64,000 bases of DNA from assembly GCA_951406725.2 (NCBI GenBank), contig OX597831.1, forward strand, positions 72,354,001-72,418,000. Direction: 5' to 3'. Within the stretch, counting starts at the first letter, position 1. Each line of letters opens with the position of its first letter. This document shows positions 53,700-64,000 of the stretch, piece after piece. Under the pieces are notes generated by a model. It ran no database searches. It was not told where the DNA came from and worked only from the letters and a program-made list of their open reading frames with translations. The stretch comes from Octopus vulgaris. Its lineage: Eukaryota. A program made the position numbers and the translations under genes.

Positions 53700-56400
53700 C
53701 GTTGGTCACGATGCCTTTACTAATAGCCTCTTCTAGTTTGCTAACTAGTCCTCCCTCTAATTTACTTCTTTCTATTGCTAAATCTTTGTTAAAGGCTATC
53801 GATTCTACTCTAATCGCTCTCCTCAGAGTGATCCCCCACCTGTTGTTGGCGGTATCCCACGTCAACTGTTGTTTAGCTAATTCGCTAACCCTATCCCTGT
53901 AGGCTTTGTGAGCCTGTAAGGACGCATCCAACTTCCAATAACTGGGTCCCTGTCTACGGGTCCTATCTAAATCGACTGTGCAAATCACAAATTTGTGATC
54001 TGTGTAGCTGACCAATTTCAATTGTAGACAACCTATGCTATCCCCATCATCTGAACTAACAAATATTCTATCTAAATACGATCTGGATGACCCGCTATGG
54101 TTGCTCCATGTCCACACTGGCACATCCGAGAAGTCCAGTCGGTACCTGTCAGAAAGCTGGAAAGTCCTGAGCAGGTTTTCGAGGCTTTTACACCCCCATT
54201 CTGCTATGTACAAAACCTACACAACCCTTCCGTGCGTCCAAAATACTATTCCAGTCGCCCACTAAAGTGCGAGACATTCCCAAGAATGTTTCTAGACGCC
54301 TGAAGAAATCTAGGCTTCCAGCCCATGTTGGGGAATAAACCACCACCATTCTAAAGGCGCCACCTTCACTGCCATTCACGTCCAGGATCCCCACCTACCA
54401 TCTGAGTCCAGGAAAATAACCCGTACTTGAAGATCTAAAGATTTCCGGAGTAGCACAGCTACACCGCCACCCGTTCTCGATAAACCACATGATGAGAATA
54501 CCTCGTAATCCTCAAAAATGGATGCTAGACCGGGTTTTCCGGAGATCCTTGTTTCACTAATGGCAGCCACTTCCAAATCAAGCGATCTGAGATCATTGAG
54601 CAAGTGACCTTACTTCCAAGCTAATCTCAGGCCACGCACATCCACAACACTCCATTCGCAGCACAGCCATGCTAGTCGGAGAGAGAAAGAGAGGAGGTTA
54701 CTCACCTTGGTTTTCGAGAAGCCCTGAAGTTCTGGGCCTCTCTATAGGTGAAAGTTTTTAAAAGCCCTTCCAACAGCCTTTTATCAACTGATTTTTTTAA
54801 AGAGCTCCACACTACATAGGAATTTTGCTCTTACTGTTCTAGAAACGTCTGACGATGTTTTAAATTAAAGTCAGTCCTTGGGGGTTTTGAGGTTGAAGTC
54901 CTCAAATTCCTTTCCCCTTGTCTCTATTTTGTTTTGCTTTGATTTACAAAATCCATCAATTCATTGTTGCACTTGTTCACAACAGTGAAATTGATGGATG
55001 CAGTTCGTCTAGAGTCTGATGAATATTCTTGTTTTTGAAGAATATTGGTAATTGGTTGTTTCTGTGTTTTTGTAATTTTATGCTGTTGCTGATGATGTTG
55101 CTGTTTTTGAACTTGTTGTTCTTGTTCTTGCAGCTTTTGTTGGAGTGGTTGTGAATTGTGTTGCAGTTGCGGTTTCAGTACATCCTTTTGTTGAGTTCTT
55201 GGAGTAGGGCTGTGTACTCTCCTCCTCTTTCGCCTGCCCCCTTTTGTCACTGTGATCCATTGATCGTTCAACTCTTCTTTCTCCATGTTATTGCAGTTGA
55301 TGTTGCTGTTGAGCGAGCTGTTGCTGCTAAGCGAACGGTCTTCGTCCCAGAGCTCGCAAGATGGGAGAAGCCTGAAACGTGGTCCTTTGCTATTTGTAAG
55401 ACCCACAGAAGAGAAAGCAGGTCAACCCCCGACACCGAGAGCATCGACGGATTAATGAATGCGCATCCAGGCTCAGCAGTTGCAGTTGATGTTGGTTGAG
55501 GAGGTAGAGCATTCAGGAGAAGCTTGCTTTTCCATGGCAACCGGGAGTAGATTCCTTTTTTGTTTTGGTTTGGGAGTGGGGGGGGGTGCATGAGTATGGC
55601 TGTAGGTGTAGGGGTCTTGAGCACTTGTTCAAGATTTTGCGTTTGTGGTGTTTGTAGTGTTGTCAGCAGTTGAGGTTTAGTTTTTCTTGTCTCAAGGTAG
55701 AAAGCCTTTCTACCCTCCACTAACACTGACAAGTGAGTACCTATTTCTTTACTACCCACAAGGGGCTAAACAGAGAGGGGACAAACAAGGATAGACAAAC
55801 GGATTAAGTCGATTACATCAACCCCAATGTGTAACTGGTAATTATTTAATCGACCCCGAAAGGATGAAAGGCAAAGTCGACCTCGGCGGAATTTGAACTC
55901 AGAACGTTGCGGCAGATGAAATACCGGTAAGTATTTCTCCCGCAGTGCTAACGTTTCTGCCAGCTTGCCGCCTTATGACAAGTGAGTACCATCCCCGTGA
56001 TCGATTAGATCGGACAGCTGATCGATATGGTCCTGTTTGCATTGTAAGGTCTGTTCCAAACCTATACCTGACCAGTTTTGCGTAGGTATTTTCTTGATCT
56101 CAAATATTGTCGCTTCATCTTCTTCTAGACCTGCCAAGACGGCCGCCATCAAATGGATATTTCTGGCGGCACATTCAGTACCCTAATCTTAGCAAGGCGT
56201 TGGCCACGATAGCTGGGGGTTAAAAAGAAGTTGCCATTCCTCAAATTGGTCGCGGATTTACATCTGGCTTCTTCTTCCGTCCCAAATCTTACCCAAAACT
56301 TATTTCCTCGGGTGATGTGGGTCTTTTGTTCTCACACGCGCGCAAGGCATTTTTGTATTTCGCTCTCAGGAACATTTTCCACCCGCCGTGAGTTAACTCC
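53700..56400 (-). mobile_element. Tx1/L1-clade LINE 5' half: decayed ORF1 and APE endonuclease
   Basis: AAISETR, GGGVAVLLRK, VVVYSP, GDWNSILD, WTW..SYLDRIFV, TDHKFV, GPSYWKL; upstream low-complexity Q/T-rich ORF1-like frames; right boundary approximate. Confidence 0.85.
55742..55975 (-). mobile_element. SINE family A monomer with 15-bp TSD, nested in Tx1 ORF1
   Basis: TSD tgacaagtgagtacc at 55727-55741 and 55976-55990. Confidence 0.9.
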
Positions 56401-56479
56401 GAGGCAGCAGTATGTGACCGTGCATCTTAAGATATTTTCTGTCACGTCGGATGGAGGATTTATATCTACCATTACTATT

Positions 56480-56683
56480 TACTCTTTTACTTGTTTCAGT
56501 CATTTGACTGCGGCCATGCTGGAGCACCGCCTTTAATCGAGCAACTCGACCCCAGAACTTATTCTTTTGTAAGCCCAGTACTTGTTCTATCGGTCTCTTT
56601 TGCCGAACCGCTAAGTAACGGGGACATAAACACACCAGCATCGGTTGTCAAGCAATGCTAGGGGGACAAACACAGACACACAA

Positions 56684-56760
<77 letters not shown>

Positions 56761-56926
56761 TACGACAGGCTTCTTTCAGTTTTTCCGTCTACCAAACCCA
56801 CTCACAAGTCATTGGTCGGTCCGGAGCTATAGCAGAAGACACTTGCCCAAGATGCCACGCAGTGGGACCGAACCCGGAACCATGTGGTTGGTTAGCAAGC
56901 TACTTACCACACAGCCACTACTGCGC
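56480..56926 (-). mobile_element. Full-length SINE family B
   Basis: Matches the 18068 copy. Confidence 0.88.
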
Positions 56927-57028
56927 TCCCATTTCTTTTTACAATTTTTCTTGCCATTTTTAAATCTTCTTCATCTGGGCGGAAATTTTCCATATTTCTC
57001 TCCGCAAACACGAAAGAAACGGCCTACA

Positions 57029-57520
57029 GCAAATATTCTGCTCAATACCACAGATTTGTTTGTCAGTTGTTTGACCATAACCAGTTGAGCATGTCCCTTG
57101 GTGACTGACGATACGTGCATCTCTGATCACGAGCAAAACTAGTGGGGGAGCATCATGTTGTTGAAAGGAATTCTTAGCATCGTGTGTTGAAAGGAATTCT
57201 TAAAGGTTTGGATAATTAACCTTTGGGAACATATGTGGTTCGTTCAGCATCCTTAAACAATCCTTATTCAGGGACCTTTTGAGCTGGATGGGTTACTCTA
57301 CCAGAAGAAAATTCTAACTGGGCCCCACCTGCAAGGTCATGCGCTGTTTATCTTGGTATGAGATCACTATGTCGTGCGCACGTGGTTGTAATGCATGTTC
57401 CTGGTGTACCCTTATCAGACGGGTAGTCATGATGTGTATACTGGGCTTCGTATATTTTACCCCAGTGTCACTTTAATGGCATGCACTGCTCTCTCACTCA
57501 ATAATGATAATAATAATAAT
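57029..57520 (+). mobile_element. Family D repeat ending in (TAA)n
   Basis: Reverse complement of about 10921-11372. Confidence 0.8.
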
Positions 57521-57542
57521 AATAGATAGATAGATAGATAGG

Positions 57543-57603
<61 letters not shown>

Positions 57604-57701
57604 TAGTCAGAAGTAATGAAGGTATTGTTTCATGGTATATTTGTGTATAGACGAAAAATATTTTCGTATTTTCCTAAAAGTATGAAATGCACCATTGATT
57701 G

Positions 57702-57757
<56 letters not shown>

Positions 57758-57984
57758 AACAAAATGTTTTCGCCGTGTACAGAATTGAAAATGTGGATTT
57801 AAAAAAACGAAAAGAGATGGATTTTTTAAAAATGAAATTGCAATCCAAGTTTCTTGAATTTTCATCTTCAGAGATTTTTCTAAACAATTTTTCTTTTACT
57901 TGGTTATAGTATTCTTCGATTTGTTTTTGTTTACATACGAAACGTCGTAACTTTCAGTGCTGGCTTTTGATTTCTGTAGAAAAA

Positions 57985-58143
57985 TGTGGCTGTGTGGCAA
58001 GAAGCTTGCCAACCACATGGTTCAGGGTTCAGCCTCGTTGCGTGGCACCTTGGGCAAGTGTCCTCAACTTTAGTCTCAGGCCGACCAAAGCCTTCCGTGG
58101 ATTTTGTAGACAGAAACTGAATGAAGCTCGTCGTCTGTACTGT

Positions 58144-58239
<96 letters not shown>

Positions 58240-58425
58240 TTACCCCCACCAGCACTTGACAACTGGTGGTGTATTTATGTCCCCGTAACTTAGCGCTTCA
58301 GCAAAAGAGAATGATAAAATAAGTACCAGAATAGTACTGGAGTTGATTCGTTCAACTAAAAATTCTCCAAGACAGTGCTCTAGCATGACCGCAGTCTAAT
58401 GGCTGAAACAAGTAAAAAATAAAAG
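57985..58425 (+). mobile_element. Diverged SINE family B with a long internal (TG)n
   Basis: Head, CORE-like block and tail recognisable. Confidence 0.8.
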
Positions 58426-59173
58426 ATTAAAGATCACTGTTCGCAATATGTGAACTCTCTTGTCGTAAACACCAGATGAGGGCCCTGCAAACCCTTGCTG
58501 AAAAACCTTCACGAATGATGCGCTGACAATGATCAAATATATGTGCTCAATAGATAAGTTTATCAAATTTCGACGTTAAGCTAATGTACAATTAATATCA
58601 TGGACTTTCATACTAGATATTAGTTTGACTTGAATATTGTGAATACAAATAGTTTTGTTCATTATCTTAAACCATAGTTTCGGAAATCAATTAAAATTAG
58701 TTCGGGAGCCAACATCGGTGAGAGAAATTACTTTATCAATGCCGTCACGACTAATAGAGCGGAGTGTCTCACGTGCCACACTCAATGTAAAAAACCCGTT
58801 CTTAAATAATGTTAGGGTTTTCTCCTGGAATTGTATTCTCTTCTGACCTTGTGCCCTTCCTTCGAAAAGTTCCTTGAATCTCGTCTGCTCACAAATATCT
58901 CTACCGCTAGCCTTACCATTTTCACTATCATCGCCACTACCATGATGATTATCCTCAGCATCACCTTGATATTTCTTTTTATACCATTGCCCCCACCTTT
59001 ATCATCGCCCTCATCGTCCCCACATAGGTCTCCTTGTCTCTATCGACTTTCAACTATATGAAGCTCTCCGCTTGTCTTACCATTCTCTGGCGTGTCTCTG
59101 GTCGAATCGAAATGTCTTTGACTGAATTCATTTTAATACAATACATACATGCCTGGAAATGCTCGCTTTTATA

Positions 59174-59282
59174 TCTATCTATATAAAAGCGAGCATTTAT
59201 GTACGTACGTTGGGTGTATCTATCTGTCCGTCTGTCAATCAATCTATCTATCTATCTGTCTATCTATCTGTCTATCTATCTG

Positions 59283-59339
<57 letters not shown>

Positions 59340-59910
59340 GTGTGCTATGGGCATGTGTGTTTGTGTGTGCGCTTTGGGTGTATGTGTGTGAGTCCATGTT
59401 TGGCTCCATTTATTCCGAAACAAAGCAGTTGTATGCCTAAGACCACATCTATTCTGATTCAGCATTATGAAAGTTAGGTTTTGATATCATTTATTAGAAC
59501 TTACAGGTTGCTTAAAATATGAACTAACAAACAAAACTTTGGATGCGAGAGCAAGAATAAAAAAAAAGGGTGAAGGCCATTAAGTCACAGCAAATGCCTC
59601 GAGAGCACACTAGGAGAAGGAAATAAAATTAACGAGAGATCACAATGTTAGTTATTTTTTATTTCATTTTATTTATTTATTTATTTTGTCAAGAGTAGGT
59701 TATTGGAATAGAAAAACATAATATGAACAACAAATGAATGAATTATTGAATTAATTAATACATTATTTATTTAAGTGCGGGTAAATGACCGAAAGGATTG
59801 ACGACATTAGCAACAACAATAATGATGATGATGATGATGATGATTTCATTTATTTGCCACCAGTACTTTCAAGCAATTCAGCCCCGAGCATCGCCGGGCA
59901 ATTCTGCTAG
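59174..59910 (+). mobile_element. Non-autonomous Helitron, about 737 bp
   Basis: a|TCtatctatataaaagcg start followed by a microsatellite; end cccgagcatcgccgggcaattctgCTAG|t, same hairpin as the 41692 element. Confidence 0.7.
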
Positions 59911-60227
59911 TATATATATATATACAAAATGAGAAAATGGAGAAATATATCTAAATCAGTCATCAACTATCAGATAATACCGAATCATATACTTTATTAA
60001 AACTCTACACAATAGCAATGAGATTAGACAATATAAATCAATATACATCAACAAACACAATAATGTTCCATATTGAACGCATTACAGCTCCTCAACCAAC
60101 ATCAAGAAACCACAACAGACACACTCACACTCAATGCAGTTGCATATATATTAAACAGTTCAATATATTAAAATGTGTCACTTCATATATATATATGCAT
60201 GCATGTATGTATGTATTTGTGTGCTAG

Positions 60228-60423
60228 TATTTGTCCCCGCCACCATCACTTGACACCGATGTTGGTGTGTTTACGTCCCCGGAATTTAGCGGTTCGGCAA
60301 AAGAGCCGATAGAATAAGTACTAGGCTTACAAAGAATAAGTCCTGGGGTCGATTTGTTCGACTAAAGGCGACACTCCAGCATGGCCGCAGTCAAATGACT
60401 GAAACAAGTAAAAGAATAAAAGA

Positions 60424-60425
<2 letters not shown>
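60228..60425 (+). mobile_element. 3' half of SINE family B
   Basis: Matches the tail of 16107 and 47966. Confidence 0.85.
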
Positions 60426-60482
<57 letters not shown>

Positions 60483-60631
60483 CATATATATATTTATAAA
60501 TGAGGGTGAAAAATTTGATATTAATTTAACAATACCATCAATTTAACACCAAGTGTCTTAGCACATAAAAACCAGGGATACAATACAAATTTATACATAA
60601 ATTTATACATAATTTATACAAATTATATATT

Positions 60632-60726
<95 letters not shown>

Positions 60727-61433
60727 GCACACCCACACAAACACGAAGTATAAACAGTGTACAATAAAACAGAGATGGGAAACATACATAATATACAATA
60801 ATAGAACGGTAAAAAAAAATATAATGTATAGAAGTGGGTGGAATGAAAAAGGTGCAGGAATGAGGAATGTAGGACGTGGTTAAGAAATGCGAAGATAAAA
60901 GAATGGGGGGGAAGGGAATGCGAGAGAAGCAAAGCAAGTCAAAGAACTTGTAATGTGTGCCAGAACCTACCCGCTAATTTATGGTATTACTTTGATACAA
61001 TGCATAGTACACAACTAATGTTGCGCTTGGCAATTTACTCTTAAAGCATATTTTCCTTAAAGATACGTCATACGTTGAGCGATTTTCAGAATTCTCGGTC
61101 AAAACGTCATCTCTGCATATTAGTTTTCTGCCGTCTGCTGTTGATTCTACGAATATTGGTTTCAGCTATTGGCACTATTTCGGTGGAGTGGGTAAGTCGA
61201 TTACATCAATTCCAGTGCTTAGCTGGTACCTATTTTATCTCGACTCTGAAAGGATAAAAGGCAAAGTCGGCCTCGGCGGAATTTGAATTCACATCGTAAA
61301 GGCGGCCAAAATACCGCTAAGTATTTTGACCCGCATGCTAACGATTCTTATTTCTTTATTGCCCACAAGGGGCTAAACATAAAGTGGACAAGCAAGGACA
61401 GACAAAGGTATTAAGTCGATTACATCGACCCCG

Positions 61434-61533
61434 NNNNNNNNNNNNNNNNNNNNNNNNNNNNNNNNNNNNNNNNNNNNNNNNNNNNNNNNNNNNNNNNNNN
61501 NNNNNNNNNNNNNNNNNNNNNNNNNNNNNNNNN
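61434..61533. other. Assembly gap of 100 N
   Basis: Run of N that truncates a SINE A copy. Confidence 1.
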
Positions 61534-61882
61534 TGCGTGTACACACACACACACATACACTCATGTATGTATGTTACTCAGATCAACTAGAACCCTGTAA
61601 TATTATTATTATTATTGAGCAATTAATGCTCAATAAAGATGTGATGAATGCTTAATAGTGTTTTAGTCATGTTGCAATGTAATTTACTAGTAAACTTGGT
61701 AGTCAAGTTGGATGCTAACATAGTAATATGTATAAGCTTTTACATCATACAAAAAAACAGCTGACTTATTTAGAATTGGAAATAATAGGGTAGAAGCATC
61801 CTGACCTTCAGGAGTCCTTCATAATGTCTAGGTTGTTTAAATGCAGTCAAGCATGGAGAGTTTTAATAAAGGTGCTCGTTAC

Positions 61883-61971
61883 CCATTTTTGAGTGGCTCC
61901 CCAAATACCAGTGGTTGATACAAATGGTTGAAGTTGAATCAACTGTACATCACCTGGTGTGTTGTAGGCAC
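61883..61971 (-). other. Candidate host coding exon, 89 nt
   Basis: Strong pyrimidine tract ending ttttgaaag, open frame AYNTPGDVQLIQLQPFVSTTGIWGATQKW, then gtaacg; protein not recognised. Confidence 0.3.
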
Positions 61972-62379
61972 CTTTCAAAACAAAAAAAAAAAGAAAAGTA
62001 AATGGTATCAGTGCATATGTAATGACATAGGTTTATAGGCGCAGGGATGGTTGCAAAATTAAGAAATTCAGTTTGCGATCATACAGCTTCAGGTTCTGTT
62101 CTACTGTGTGGCATCTTGGGCACACGTTTTCTATTACAGCCCTGAGCTAATTAACACACTTCGCAAATTTCTTTTTTCGCCATTTCGGTTCTTAATGGTT
62201 CTATAAGAAATATCGTTGCGGAGAAGCGATCCCAACCTCACTGCCTGCATTGCAGCCAGTTCTACATTGCACACACACTCTGCGAATCCCTCCCCCCCAA
62301 ATTTATCCCCTACTAACGCTTCAGGTTTATCACTTTAGATACATACATGTACGTCAACTGCAAAAATACTAAGGATCTT

Positions 62380-63128
62380 GGATCTTTTCCTTTTGAACGG
62401 CAATTTTCAACACAATTTCTAGTTAACTAAACACTTTTAAACTTCGTATACTGGTAGAATGTGTCAAAATAAAACATTTTTTCTCTTGGCTTTCTTGAGA
62501 AAATTGTAATTTGTAAGTTTAACGTAGTTCAATTTTTCGAATTTTAACCAATCGATTGCCTCTATTGAACTAAAATCATTTGCTGCGTCTAAAACTGAGA
62601 CAACATCCTGTCACTAAACCCAACCCTAAATTTTAGCCTTTCGTTTTTTTTTTCTTAATTGTTACACGTGTGTCTAAAATTATTCGTTTTGTTTTTGTTT
62701 TGAGGTTTTGCTTTCGTTTTTTTTTTCTTAATTGTTATCCTTAAATTGATTTAACAAAAGGCTAAAACGAAAAGCAAAAACTCAAAACAAAAACAAAACA
62801 AATAATTTTAAACACACGCATAACAATTAAATTAATTTCACAATTAAGAAAAAAAAACGAAAGGCTAAAATTTAGGGTTAGGGTTAGGGTTAGTGATAGG
62901 ATGTTGTCTCAGTTTTAGACGCAGCAAATGATTTTAGCTCAATAGAGGGCAATCGATTGGTTAAAATTCGAAAAATTAAACTACGTTAAACTTACAAATT
63001 ACAATTTTCTCAAGAAAGCAAGAGAAAAAAATGTTTTATTTTGACACATTCTACCAATATACGAAGTTTAAGAGTGTTTAGTTAACTAGAAATTGTGTTG
63101 AAAAGTGCCGTTCAAAAGGAAAAGATCC
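62380..63128. mobile_element. 749-bp palindromic (fold-back) MITE related to the 26089 element
   Basis: Termini ggatcttttccttttgaacggca and tgccgttcaaaaggaaaagatcc; arms complementary almost to the centre; TSD aggatctt / aggacctt; ccctaa and ttagggttagggttagggttag inside. Confidence 0.92.
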
Positions 63129-63870
63129 AGGACCTTTGAAAAATATTAGTGATGCGACAAACAAGTTTTCATGTGCGCTTGCTTGCGCACGCACACGCGC
63201 AGACAGGTCAAAATATTTCGTATATTCAAAATACTTTTCGCGTTTAGGTAGCAAGGGAAACAACCCTGGACTTTAAATTTATTAAAACCAATTAAACGAA
63301 AAAAACAGAATTATTTCCCTTGTTAACTCAAACGTTTTCTATGGCTTAATTTTGTGTTTTTTTTTTTTTTCAAAGCGTTCAGCCACCGTTGTGGAAATTT
63401 GGGATTTGTCCCCGACAGTGAAGGGATTGAAACTACACGCAGAATGGCACATGAGAAAATCTTTTAAAGCCGGTCAATGGTGAGTTAGAAGCCGTCGTCG
63501 TTGTTCTTCTTTAACTGTTTATAAATTCCGATCGATTTAAATCTATAATCAGAGAAACGCTTTTTACTACAGGGACAAGTGTCTGAAATTTTGGGGAACA
63601 ACATCGCTTTCAGTGCTCGGTCCCGATAGGATGAAAGGAAAAGTCTGCATCAGCGCCATTTGAACTCACGACATAGAATTGGACGAAATGCCGTGAAGCA
63701 TTTTGCCCGCTGCCATAGCAATTCTGCCAGCGCACCATCTTGGAGGAATTAGAAATATGGAAGACTTCGTTATCTAATTGTGTAATTTTCATTTTTAAAC
63801 AGAGTAGGGTGTGTACGAATGTATTTATGTATGTGTGTGTATATGTGTACGTGTGTGTGTGTATGTATGT

Positions 63871-64000
63871 ATGAATGAATGAATGAATGAATGAAGGAAT
63901 GAATGAATGAATGAATGGATGAATGAATGAATGGATGAATGAATGAATGAATGAATGAATGTATGAATGAATGTATGAATGAATGAATGAAGGAATAAAT
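63871..64000. repeat. (GAAT)n microsatellite
   Basis: Tetranucleotide run to the window end. Confidence 0.95.

Noticed and set aside
62870-62893. Telomere or chromosome-fusion relic
   Set aside because: The few TTAGGG units are internal to a MITE with a TSD

Overview
AT-rich, repeat-saturated animal genomic DNA, not prokaryotic. The SINE and microsatellite landscape is what I recall for coleoid cephalopods (Octopus-like); this is inference, not a database result. No complete host gene is recognisable, only three weak minus-strand exon candidates. The window holds decayed Tx1/L1-type, CR1-type and R4/Dong-type LINEs, four Tc1/mariner elements from three families, a pogo-like and a Merlin/IS1595-like transposase remnant, Helitron pieces, several tRNA-derived SINE families, long microsatellites and one 100-N gap. 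Most notable: (1) a 5'-truncated but stop-free Penelope-like element (RT plus GIY-YIG) framed by a ~670 bp inverted pseudo-LTR, each arm carrying a minimal hammerhead ribozyme with a U3-A8 covariant core; (2) two more non-coding elements in (TA)n with different hammerhead variants and the same outward fold-back geometry; (3) a SINE found as monomer, dimer and tetramer, each inside a single target-site duplication, with apparent GGTA-guided self-insertion; (4) two related GG..CC MITEs with 8-bp TSDs and TTAGGG repeats, one a 749-bp palindrome.
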